IMG/VR virus record: IMGVR_UViG_3300037247_000086
Coordinates: 1 to 30,830 of that record
Reading direction: 5' to 3' (one strand)
DNA length: 30,830 nt
Origin: a virus
Taxonomy: Duplodnaviria; Caudoviricetes
Below, in pieces: positions 8,338 through 17,080 of this stretch. The number at the start of each line of letters is the position of its first letter. Position 1 is the stretch's first letter. A model generated the notes under the pieces. The model searched no databases. It worked only from the letters and a program-made list of their open reading frames with translations, and was not told the origin of the DNA. The translations under genes and the position numbers were made by a program.

Positions 8338-9728
8338 GTTAAACCAAAGTCAAATTCCATGTCTTGCCGTTGTGTTCTGCGCCCACCCGTTCGATCTCCA
8401 TTAACGGGAGAGATTACAGGTGCCGGTATGCTTGGCGGTGGTGGCGTGTCAATTGGTGTTGCTGTGTCAGCCGGTGGTTCGCCGCCCATCAGTGGCGCGC
8501 TTCCCGCCCCGTAACTTGAAGGAATGTCAGGGGTGATCCCCTCAAAGAAGCCTATCATGTTCTGAATAGCCTGCTGCTGCTGTGCTGCCGTTAAATCGGT
8601 ATTGGAGTAAATAGCCGAACCCGCTGCACCGATTGAATTGAACTTGCCCATTTCAACCATTGACCATGCCTGTAAATATGCCTCTCTGTCAGCTTGCGAA
8701 ATACCGGCGTACCTGATGGCTTCGTCCATCTGAGCCAATCGCATGTTGAAATCTTCGCCTGCTGCACGCTGTAAGTCTTCCCAATCTTGTGCACCCAACC
8801 GTTCACCGGTCTGCCATTTTTGGGTGTCTACGCGCTGGAATGCCTCCCAATCCTGCGAACCAATCCTTTCTGATGTCTGCCAATTCTCAACTGCGCGCCG
8901 TTGGTCATCCGTCCAGTTCTGCGTGTCAAGACGCTCGCCACGTTGGAAGGCTTGGATTGCCGCACGTTCTGAAGCACTAAAGCTCTGTGCATCCTCGCGG
9001 TCTTCAACATTCAATGCTGCCCTGCGTAAATCTGTACTCGCACCATACAGGTGTTCCCTTTCTGCTATATCACGCGCTGCATCGTAACCAACCTCTCGGA
9101 CATTGGCCTCAAACCTTTGCTGTGAATCCTGTAAAGAACCAACATTGGTTGCTGCCATGTTCTCAGAAGCGGTACGCTGGTATGCGCCTGCTTGGTCTAA
9201 TGCAAATGGTTGTGCCGCATCCACCCATGAACCATACGCACTCGCGCCACCAAGGGTTGTATTCATTAATCCACGCCCCGCCGCCCGGTCTTCACCAAAC
9301 TGAATAGCTCTACGGGATAACTCGCTGTCACGGTCAAGTAGACCCTCAAGCTGATAACCAGCTAATTCTTTCTCACCAACCTCGCGGGTTGCAACATCAG
9401 TCCCAGGAGTTTCAATGGTGTATCCATCAGGGCCGACCTGTCCGGCTTGTTGGTAATACCCTTCTGCCTCAGTGTTATAGCCTGACTCTGTTGACCCGCC
9501 CGTATTCTGTGGTGCTGATGTATAGGGATAATTGGATGGCGTGTAATCGCTATCCATTAACGGGGCAGTGCCGCCACCTCCAACTTGAGGCGTATAGCCC
9601 TGATACGCTATATCCGGTCCCGTTCTTCCCCCGTCAGTCGCAACACCAACATCTTGCCAATTTGGGCCGGGGCCACCGGGAGTTGTGACTTCAATCGGGT
9701 TGCCGTTTTCGTCATATGTCGTTGCCAT
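8334..9728 (-). CDS. Putative DNA-pilot/ejection protein with hendecad repeats (~464 aa)
   Basis: The track starts it at 9764. ATG 9728, just after the nozzle stop and behind a purine-rich GGAAGGA, is preferred. Gln/Ala-rich, with 11-aa repeats and disordered Pro/Gly-rich ends. Confidence 0.65.
   Translation of the reverse strand: MATTYDENGNPIEVTTPGGPGPNWQDVGVATDGGRTGPDIAYQGYTPQVGGGGTAPLMDSDYTPSNYPYTSAPQNTGGSTESGYNTEAEGYYQQAGQVGPDGYTIETPGTDVATREVGEKELAGYQLEGLLDRDSELSRRAIQFGEDRAAGRGLMNTTLGGASAYGSWVDAAQPFALDQAGAYQRTASENMAATNVGSLQDSQQRFEANVREVGYDAARDIAEREHLYGASTDLRRAALNVEDREDAQSFSASERAAIQAFQRGERLDTQNWTDDQRRAVENWQTSERIGSQDWEAFQRVDTQKWQTGERLGAQDWEDLQRAAGEDFNMRLAQMDEAIRYAGISQADREAYLQAWSMVEMGKFNSIGAAGSAIYSNTDLTAAQQQQAIQNMIGFFEGITPDIPSSYGAGSAPLMGGEPPADTATPIDTPPPPSIPAPVISPVNGDRTGGRRTQRQDMEFDFGLT
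8748..8987 (-). repeat. Seven-plus 11-aa (33-nt) coding repeats, consensus Q-x-W/F-x-x-x-E/Q-R-x-x-x
   Basis: QSFSASERAAI|QAFQRGERLDT|QNWTDDQRRAV|ENWQTSERIGS|QDWEAFQRVDT|QKWQTGERLGA|QDWEDLQRAAG|EDF. Confidence 0.85.
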
Positions 9729-9729
9729 T

Positions 9730-12700
9730 TTATTTGTCCTTCCTTCCCGCTTTCTCATCGACAAGCGTTATATGTTGCAGAATGTGGGGTAACTCTCTAT
9801 CGCTTTCATTCTGGAACCTGAGTGATAGTAATTTGCCATTACCCTTGAATGCGTCCTTATCCCAAAAGGCAAGCAGTTTTGTGGTTACTGCATGGTCTGG
9901 TGCGCCCAACTTAATATCGTATTCTGAATCTTCGGTTGTGCTGTCAGCGTCCAATGGATGAGCAAAGTTCTCGTCAATCGTAACCGCAGTGGTTACAGAC
10001 AAATTAGCCCATCCGTGCGCCATGCCGTATAAGTGCCATACCGACCATGTTGTGTCTTCATAAAGGTATTTACCGGACAAGGCATTAAGCTCAATCCACC
10101 GTTTGTATGAATCGCCGTTGAAGCTGGTTCCACGGTCATCTTCATAAACAAACCCAAGGTCATCGCCGTGGTCGTAATCCGGGTTAACATCCATCGTGAA
10201 GAAGATTCTATCCCGGTTGTCATCGTCAACATCGGCATCAGTAGCCAATACCTTGATAAACTGTGACTCGGTTGCATCTGTATACAATTTCTGGATTGAG
10301 TATTCAGCCGCAACTTGGTCGCCAAATATCGTCATGGTCAACCTGTAGCCGTCTGCAAAATACATGCGGTACTGTGACTTCAGCCTCGCAACCGAAACCG
10401 CTACTATCCGGTTATCCCGTATTGAGTCATTTCTTAAACCCTGTAGTCGCTCAAGTAGCCAAGGGTGTATCTTGTGGCTTGTACGCGCTATCTCGAAATC
10501 TGCATAGCGGTCTGTTGAAAATGGAGTGGGAACACCACGCGGGTCAACGTATATCGGCATGTTGCCAACATCCTGAACTGTGTACTCAATTGCGCCGTTT
10601 CGGTGCGATAGAACCTGCTGGTCAAAGTTTGAACCATCCAAGCCAACCGTGACCGTGTAGGTTACTTGGTCGGTCAGAACGCCCATTGTCTTGCCGGGGA
10701 GTTTGGTCAGTCCGGTAATCGGTCTGCCAAAACCCGTGGCTACAGCATTCAGTGAGCCGTCAAAACTCAACGGATCGCCAGCAACCGAAATCGCCATTTC
10801 ACCAAACTTGAAGCCAAGCCATAACCTGAACTGGAATAACTCAACATGACGCGGCTTATCCAAATCAGGTGACAGCCCCGTGTTTATCTGACGAACATAA
10901 AACCTATCGTAGGAAAATGCCCTGCCTGCACCCGAAGCAGCATAGACAGCTTCAAGGTCATCACGCGCATAGACGTTCTCGGCAATCATTTCATACTTGG
11001 ACTTTTCAGCCGCCAACAACGAACTTCCCGGTAAACTGAGCAGGCTTTCATTTCCGTCAAGATTGGCTATCAAGTTGCCAGCGCCAGCGGCAGTATCCCG
11101 TATCTGTATGTTCTTAGTGGGTATTTGACTTTTGAGCAAGTCGTATATCTGCATCGTACCAACAGCATCATTGTCTGCCCACGCGCCGCTTTCGAGATTG
11201 AAATGAACCAGTCTCGCAGTTGTGTAATCAGCCACCGCAACCGTATCATGGAAATATATCAATGAACCTTGTTCAACGTAGTGAATACGCATTCGGATAA
11301 GGTCACATTGTTGTGCCGTTCCAGCGGTCGCAGCGCCCCATTCCAGTTTGAACTTTAAACCAAAATCAGAGCTTTCAACCGTATCTTTATCAATAACCGA
11401 ACCCCATAAGTCGTTCTCGCCACCAAAGGCATAGGCAACCTGTGATGTGGTTAAGTCACCAAGAGCCTGACGTTTTGCAACCACACCATTAAGTACGCCA
11501 CCCTCATAACTGGCTGAATTGTCTGTATAGGGCTGAACCTTTGTAATTGCACCGCCGCTTGTTGCTGCCGCCGTGTTCTTTGCCGTAATCTCGATTTCAA
11601 CACCAACAACACGCGCACCTTCAGGTAAGTCAAAACCAAAGTTGTTGACCGCAAAGTAATTCCGTGCTTCCTCTACAGATAGATGTCCTATTTCCTCGTC
11701 TGGAAAAACATAAGCCCCACCGGATGAATTGACCGCATCCAGTTCCGAGCCTGCAGAAGCCGCCCACCCGGTTAAATCCCTCTGTGTCCCGGCTTTCAAC
11801 CAGTCCGTTGTTACTACTGTCTGCGTGTCCGTGTCAGCACCAAACTTCACAGGGTCAGGTTCAGTTGTGCCGGTATCAAAGCGGATTTCCCACCCAAGCT
11901 CTACCTTGTTCCATCCTGTTCGGGAAGACCGATAAAGGCCAGCCATTGAATGACCATCATTGTCGGTTGATGCGTAATTTATATTTGGGCCACCGGATGC
12001 TCCAAAATTAACATCGCCAGCGGTTAGTACATTAACGGTCGATGGTGAAACCAAATCCATTAACTCGCCCGATGTAAGTACGCCATTTAGATTGGTGCAG
12101 TAGATAACACCCACCGCATCCCCATCTGCCCATGCCCCTGAGTGGAGTTGAACCCGGTAAACTGTTGCTGTTTTTGCCGATGTCTGTCCGATTAACTGCT
12201 GATCTACCGTAGGCTCTGTTGAACCGGATGTAAAATAAACCTCGGATAATGTAATGAGCGTGTTTTCAAACGCGCCTGTCCCAAGTTTTGTGCTGAAATC
12301 AAACGAGTTACCCAATGGGTCAATGACAATACAACCTGCCCCCGTACCAAGAGAAAAGCTGCCGGAGGTTAAATCCAAGTCCCTGACAATGCCCTCATCG
12401 CCATAATCGGTACTTGCTCCACCATCGGCAATCAATACATGCTGGCCTATCTGTGGTTCGGCTATGTCGCCATCGGAGTAAACAAATTTGAAGTAGTCCC
12501 TGACCGCCGTCTGCTGGTTTTTATACCACTTGATGCCCGGTACTACCCCTGAGCCTGGAACCGGCGTTATCGCGCTCCTGAGTATCGTAGAGGCAGCATA
12601 CAACTGGTCGAAGTAATCACTTTGGTCGGTGGCTATGTCCTGTAACGCAGCAAAGGTTGGTGTTGCGCTAAAGCTCGCGCCTGAATCATCACCCGTTACC

Positions 12701-13851
12701 GTTGCGCCTGTAGGTATATGATCCGTCTGGTTCCAATAGCCAAAGCGGATGACCGTGTTCGTTGCGCCGATGGTAGTTGAAATCACCACCCCAAGGTTGC
12801 CGGTGTTCACGCCGTCAACCCATGTCATGTTTTCGTTGGGCAGGAACGTCCAGTAGTATTGATAAACCGTGTCGCTACTAACCCCCATCACGTATAGTTC
12901 CGGCCCCTTGAAATAAATCCCATAGGGGTCTGAGTCTTCATTTGATACGTCTAGGGTGATGCTGTCATCAGACCCGGTGCTGACATCCCATGCCGTAGAC
13001 ATCGTGAATTGACGCACTAGGTCTGTCGTAAAACCAGACGTAAATAACCGAAGTCCGTCACTGCTGAAGCCCAACCCCCTGGGCGCGGTTTCGGCAACAT
13101 TATTGGCAACCGATTTGCTGGCATAAGTGCCTGTTGACGCATCCCCCGCCGTAGAGAGCGTGTATTGATATACCGTGTTGTTGGCGGAACCAATCACGTA
13201 TATTTTAGTGCTATCACTACTGATGTCCAACGCCTTGGCATTGCTCTCTTCGCCAAAGGTGCTAAAGGATTTGCTGGCATACGCTCCGGTGCTAAGGTCG
13301 CCGGGAGTGGATAAATCGTACTGAAAAACCGTGTTTGGATTTAGTAAATATAACTTGCTGTCATCTGAACTCAAGCAAAATGATTGTTCGTCGGTTGCCT
13401 CACCACTAATGTCTAGTGACTTGCTTGCATAAACCGCCGTGCTTGCATCCCCCGCCGTAGACATGGTGTACTGGTAAATCCTGTTGTTGGTCGCGCCCAG
13501 CACGTACATCTTTGTGCCATCACCACTAAGCCTCACGCCTAACGGTGTAGCATCTTCGTCAGCCAAATAGGACTTGCTGGAATAGGCAGCGGCAATAGCA
13601 CTATTGGCTAAAGTCAGTTCCCAAATGTCCCTTGTGGATGGCGACATGTGACCGTCAAAGGCTTCAAAGCCCTCGATGTTGGTCAGGCCAAAGTCGCGTC
13701 CGACTTCGTAATTGAAACAATCATCAAGCGACCCATCAGGGCATATCGCCCTTGGGGTTAGTTGGTCAACACCGCCACGTAAGAGTATGTTTTTGCTCAC
13801 ATTTCTACCAACTGTAGACTTCAGAAGTGCTGAGATAGTCGTCATGGACAT
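9730..13851 (-). CDS. Tail nozzle / DNA-stabilisation protein with large inserted domains (~1356-1373 aa)
   Basis: Follows the adaptor gene. The N-terminal LRGGVDQLTP and a beta-rich C-terminal body (FQFRLWLG...SVAGDPLSF) resemble podovirus nozzle proteins. The real start may be GTG at 13800, just after the adaptor stop. Confidence 0.7.
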   Translation of the reverse strand: MSMTTISALLKSTVGRNVSKNILLRGGVDQLTPRAICPDGSLDDCFNYEVGRDFGLTNIEGFEAFDGHMSPSTRDIWELTLANSAIAAAYSSKSYLADEDATPLGVRLSGDGTKMYVLGATNNRIYQYTMSTAGDASTAVYASKSLDISGEATDEQSFCLSSDDSKLYLLNPNTVFQYDLSTPGDLSTGAYASKSFSTFGEESNAKALDISSDSTKIYVIGSANNTVYQYTLSTAGDASTGTYASKSVANNVAETAPRGLGFSSDGLRLFTSGFTTDLVRQFTMSTAWDVSTGSDDSITLDVSNEDSDPYGIYFKGPELYVMGVSSDTVYQYYWTFLPNENMTWVDGVNTGNLGVVISTTIGATNTVIRFGYWNQTDHIPTGATVTGDDSGASFSATPTFAALQDIATDQSDYFDQLYAASTILRSAITPVPGSGVVPGIKWYKNQQTAVRDYFKFVYSDGDIAEPQIGQHVLIADGGASTDYGDEGIVRDLDLTSGSFSLGTGAGCIVIDPLGNSFDFSTKLGTGAFENTLITLSEVYFTSGSTEPTVDQQLIGQTSAKTATVYRVQLHSGAWADGDAVGVIYCTNLNGVLTSGELMDLVSPSTVNVLTAGDVNFGASGGPNINYASTDNDGHSMAGLYRSSRTGWNKVELGWEIRFDTGTTEPDPVKFGADTDTQTVVTTDWLKAGTQRDLTGWAASAGSELDAVNSSGGAYVFPDEEIGHLSVEEARNYFAVNNFGFDLPEGARVVGVEIEITAKNTAAATSGGAITKVQPYTDNSASYEGGVLNGVVAKRQALGDLTTSQVAYAFGGENDLWGSVIDKDTVESSDFGLKFKLEWGAATAGTAQQCDLIRMRIHYVEQGSLIYFHDTVAVADYTTARLVHFNLESGAWADNDAVGTMQIYDLLKSQIPTKNIQIRDTAAGAGNLIANLDGNESLLSLPGSSLLAAEKSKYEMIAENVYARDDLEAVYAASGAGRAFSYDRFYVRQINTGLSPDLDKPRHVELFQFRLWLGFKFGEMAISVAGDPLSFDGSLNAVATGFGRPITGLTKLPGKTMGVLTDQVTYTVTVGLDGSNFDQQVLSHRNGAIEYTVQDVGNMPIYVDPRGVPTPFSTDRYADFEIARTSHKIHPWLLERLQGLRNDSIRDNRIVAVSVARLKSQYRMYFADGYRLTMTIFGDQVAAEYSIQKLYTDATESQFIKVLATDADVDDDNRDRIFFTMDVNPDYDHGDDLGFVYEDDRGTSFNGDSYKRWIELNALSGKYLYEDTTWSVWHLYGMAHGWANLSVTTAVTIDENFAHPLDADSTTEDSEYDIKLGAPDHAVTTKLLAFWDKDAFKGNGKLLSLRFQNESDRELPHILQHITLVDEKAGRKDK
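12856..13590 (-). repeat. Five ~50-aa beta-propeller-blade repeats (YASKS...S.DG.K.YV.G....VYQYT.STA.D.STG)
   Basis: Directly visible in the translation, e.g. IYQYTMSTAGDASTA, VFQYDLSTPGDLSTG, VYQYTLSTAGDASTG, VRQFTMSTAWDVSTG, VYQYYW. Confidence 0.85.
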
Positions 13852-14545
13852 CTTCTGGAAGTTGCTCGATGCTCATTCGGTTTAACATTTTCTTGTACTG
13901 ACGGTCTGCGCGTTTATAGCGCCCGCCGCTCTCATCATAGTCCATCAGGTGAATCATCGCGTACCAGACTATCAGCATGTGAAAGTGTGCTGGCATATCC
14001 GGCGTAGTCGCATCAGCGATAAGCTCATTGGGAACCTGAACCCAATCAAGGTTCAGCGTGTAAGCCACATCAGGAGTGGGATCAAACTCCAAAGTGCCGT
14101 CCTTGAGTATGGTGAACCGCGTAGGCTTTGATGTAGGGCGCGCCCCCCTGTCACGATAGCCCCTGAAGAAATCATAAACCTTGAACTCGCACCGATGTAC
14201 AGATTCAGTTGTTGGGTTCTTCAGCAGGATATACCGCAAAGGCACTATGTCATGGGCAATGAACGGTAAGACCGTCCGTGCTGTTGCGTCAATGGTTGCC
14301 ATTGCCAAAGTCCTAGTCCCGATTGTCAGCGCAACAGAATCATCATCCAGACTCTTACGCATCCAGTTCCAGCGATTGTTCTGTGATATTTGGATGTCTA
14401 TCCACGCCTGACTTACCCACTCTACTAAATCGGCTACCTGAGCCGTGTCAGGGGTTACTGTGCTAGTCACTTTAGCTGGCGACAGTTTCCCCGACCATTG
14501 TGCAAGTTTTTTGGTTAGGTTCAGGCGTGTGATAGACGTTGACAT
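13805..14545 (-). CDS. Head-tail adaptor / tail tubular protein A-like, 246 aa
   Basis: Lies before the nozzle gene; PTPDVAY and PDMPAHFHMLIVWYA motifs resemble podovirus adaptor proteins. Confidence 0.7.
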   Translation of the reverse strand: MSTSITRLNLTKKLAQWSGKLSPAKVTSTVTPDTAQVADLVEWVSQAWIDIQISQNNRWNWMRKSLDDDSVALTIGTRTLAMATIDATARTVLPFIAHDIVPLRYILLKNPTTESVHRCEFKVYDFFRGYRDRGARPTSKPTRFTILKDGTLEFDPTPDVAYTLNLDWVQVPNELIADATTPDMPAHFHMLIVWYAMIHLMDYDESGGRYKRADRQYKKMLNRMSIEQLPEDVHDDYLSTSEVYSW

Positions 14546-15402
14546 TATGCTGCTATTGCCTCCATTCCAATATCAGAACGTTTTTCGTTACGGATTTGTT
14601 CGCGCACTTCAAGCGTTGCACCATCCTCCTTTTCCTCTGACTGAGCCAGCGGGAGATTCAGGTGGTAATGTATGGAGTTGCGCCGTACATCGACTTCTTT
14701 TTCAGGACTCATGCCTGCGGAGATATTTGCCTGATCGTCGGAAATCTCCCACAGGATGCACAGTTGCCGCCACTTGCGAACCGTGTAGCCGGGGAAGTCT
14801 TTGACATACATATCAAGCGTGTACTCCCACGGGCTTTCGGGTAGGTCTTCCGTGCCAGGGGTTACACCAATACACGTAAACGGGTACTTGTCAAAGTATG
14901 AAATATCCTTGATGTTTTTAACCCTACCCTTGTTGCGCGGGTCTTCCTCTTGCCGGATTTCCATTTCCATACCTCGGCACTTCTGGATAATCTCATAGAT
15001 GGGCCATGCCACATCAACCCACTTGTCAATCGGTATAATGCAAGGCCAGCCGTTCCAGTTGAACATAGCTCCCTGCATATCGTTGTGTCCTGTCTTGGTT
15101 CGTTTTAGATGCGCCCGTTTACCCTCCCATTGTCCGGTGGGTGACAGGTTCGGGATGTTCATTAAATCTGCGACCACGGGACCGGATGCTTTTGCTACTG
15201 CTTCCTCTCCGTGCTTGGTGATAGTTGCTACATGCGAATCAAGTATTCTTTTATCCAGATTATCGTCGCCCGAATCAGATTTACCAAGCTTCTCATTGAT
15301 TGCTTTATCAATTTCATCAATAGGTGTATTCTCATTCAGCCCACTGATTCCCAAGATTTTAGCTGCCATCAACTTGGCTTTTGTATCCTGTTTAGTGCTC
15401 AT
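14545..15402 (-). CDS. Hypothetical phage protein downstream of the capsid genes, 285 aa
   Basis: Long ORF with a GAGGAAGGA RBS. The FNWNGWPCIIPIDKWVDVAWPIYEII segment resembles capsid-adjacent hypotheticals in phages with N4-gp56-type capsids (recalled, not searched). Confidence 0.65.
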   Translation of the reverse strand: MSTKQDTKAKLMAAKILGISGLNENTPIDEIDKAINEKLGKSDSGDDNLDKRILDSHVATITKHGEEAVAKASGPVVADLMNIPNLSPTGQWEGKRAHLKRTKTGHNDMQGAMFNWNGWPCIIPIDKWVDVAWPIYEIIQKCRGMEMEIRQEEDPRNKGRVKNIKDISYFDKYPFTCIGVTPGTEDLPESPWEYTLDMYVKDFPGYTVRKWRQLCILWEISDDQANISAGMSPEKEVDVRRNSIHYHLNLPLAQSEEKEDGATLEVREQIRNEKRSDIGMEAIAA

Positions 15403-15423
15403 ATTCCTTCCTCAAAGTTAAAG

Positions 15424-15449
15424 TTAAAAGAAATGCCCCCGAAGGGGCA
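15424..15449 (-). terminator. Rho-independent terminator with UUCG tetraloop
   Basis: Minus strand reads TGCCCC-TTCG-GGGGCA followed by TTTCTTTT, 15 nt after the stop of 15465..15956. Confidence 0.85.
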
Positions 15450-15464
15450 AATCTCAGTTCAGCC

Positions 15465-15956
15465 TTACGGCGCTGTTACCGGCATATTGATGTAATCATG
15501 GAACGTGTCGGTGATACCAGCAGCACCAAAACTCGTTGTGCCGATGGTAAAGGTGGTTGACGCATTCGTGGTAATTTCGACAATACTAATCAGGCATTCA
15601 GTTTCAGCAAGTCCAGGCAGGTCGGTTGTTTCATCGTCCTTGCCCTTGGTTGCGTTTTCAGTGCCAGCAGCGTTGACGGAAAGCAGGTAAAAGCATGTCG
15701 TGCCTTTCGCCTGTACAACTGTCTCACCGTAGAAATCCAGTACCGTCAATGCTTCGTCAGTACCAGCGGCCTGTGCGTATGCCGCACCCTTGATTTTGAA
15801 ATCAAACGCATCGTAGTCAATGGCACTTAACGTACCAGAGCCGATTACAACGGCAACTTGATTCAAGGCATGGGTTCCAAGTTCCGCAATCAATGCTCGG
15901 TGGTTAATTCCAGCTAACCCATAATGGGGGCCGGTCAATCTGTTATGTTCACTCAT
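15465..15956 (-). CDS. Putative capsid decoration/cement protein, 163 aa
   Basis: Immediately after the major capsid gene; AAGGAG RBS; Thr/Ala/Gly-rich beta character; own terminator. Confidence 0.6.
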   Translation of the reverse strand: MSEHNRLTGPHYGLAGINHRALIAELGTHALNQVAVVIGSGTLSAIDYDAFDFKIKGAAYAQAAGTDEALTVLDFYGETVVQAKGTTCFYLLSVNAAGTENATKGKDDETTDLPGLAETECLISIVEITTNASTTFTIGTTSFGAAGITDTFHDYINMPVTAP

Positions 15957-15967
15957 TTAAAAACTCC

Positions 15968-16045
15968 TTCCCGTGTGCGGGAATTATAGTAAAAGGTCAG
16001 CAATTTGTCTGACCTTGTTAAAGGCTTACCCGCCCGAAGGCGGGT
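15968..16045 (-). promoter_or_regulatory. Three consecutive hairpins between the capsid and decoration genes
   Basis: ACCCGCC-TTCG-GGCGGGT (16028-16045); AAGGTCAG-N8-CTGACCTT then TT (15993-16016); TTCCCG-CACA-CGGGAA (15968-15983), which overlaps the AAGGAG RBS. Confidence 0.65.
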
Positions 16046-16064
16046 TCACCCGTGATTCCTCTTA

Positions 16065-17060
16065 TCATGGATTCAAGGTAACAGCGAACTCGCCGCGTGC
16101 CAGCCAAGTTTCATTGAGGATTTGGTTAACCTGATACCAGAGAACGCCAATATCGACGAACTTGCCAGTAGGATCGGCACCCTTAACAGGACCGGTCAAG
16201 ATGTTAGGCTTAACAGAATCAAAGCCTGCCAAAATGCACGTTCCATAGGAGTCCATTCCAGCAACTACCAGTGGGTATACATCATTCTTGGTTCCGTTGT
16301 TGATCTTGGAACCATCGGACGTTGCACCGCCACCGCTTACAGGGAATAACTGCGGTGTCAGCACGAAGCAAACATCTTCCACCTGACCAAACTCGTAAGG
16401 TACTGACTTGCCGTTACCCTTTTCGGATACGTGGACAAAGCCAGGAAGATTACGAATGTCAGACTTCATGTTGGTATGACCCAACGCGACATATGCTGCC
16501 TCGGTTGGAACTGTGCCTTCAAAGTTGCCGCCCTTGTTGATTTTGTTAAACCAACTGGCCTTGGCATCATCCAGTGCGCGGGTGATCTTGCGAATTCGAC
16601 CCAGCGTAATGGCGGTGTCAACCTGTGCACGTGCGGTATGAGCCGCTGTGTCGTAAAATACTGACGTACCGGTGATGATTTCGTTCCATGTCAGAAGTTC
16701 GTTCACGTTTATGATGAACTCAGCCTGCAAGGTAGCTGCATCTTTCACAGCCGCCTGTTCAGACAAACGCCACTTCTTGCTTGAAACCCGTACAAGGTGC
16801 TCGTATTCCTTGATAGCCATCTGGACATTTTCATAGTCCATACCTACGGCTTCAGGGACCACGCCCTCAGTAGCTTCGGTATCATCGAAACCAAAAGGAA
16901 CCAGACGGTCAATGGAGAGTGTGTCAGACTCGTTTTGTGGCAAAGTAAATTTCTTTGCATACCTGTCAAGACAGGCAATTGGTCCCGCATGTTTCAACAG
17001 TTCTTTTTTGTGAAGAACGTTTGTCGCTTGGGCGGGATTACTATATGTTGCAATAGGCAT
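16065..17060 (-). CDS. Major capsid protein, N4-gp56 family, 331 aa
   Basis: Motifs LPQN...TEGVVP, YVALGHTNMKSDIRNLPGF, EFGQVEDVCFVLTP, DVYPLVVAG.DSYG, ADPTG and ILNETWLARGE match the family pattern; GGAGG RBS; follows the scaffold gene. Confidence 0.9.
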   Translation of the reverse strand: MPIATYSNPAQATNVLHKKELLKHAGPIACLDRYAKKFTLPQNESDTLSIDRLVPFGFDDTEATEGVVPEAVGMDYENVQMAIKEYEHLVRVSSKKWRLSEQAAVKDAATLQAEFIINVNELLTWNEIITGTSVFYDTAAHTARAQVDTAITLGRIRKITRALDDAKASWFNKINKGGNFEGTVPTEAAYVALGHTNMKSDIRNLPGFVHVSEKGNGKSVPYEFGQVEDVCFVLTPQLFPVSGGGATSDGSKINNGTKNDVYPLVVAGMDSYGTCILAGFDSVKPNILTGPVKGADPTGKFVDIGVLWYQVNQILNETWLARGEFAVTLNP

Positions 17061-17080
17061 TATTTAGCCTCCGTATTGGA

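Noticed and set aside
16046-16070. Read-through or frameshift extension of the major capsid into the decoration gene
   Set aside because: The capsid ends in tandem stops TGA TAA with no slippery run, and the next gene has its own RBS.
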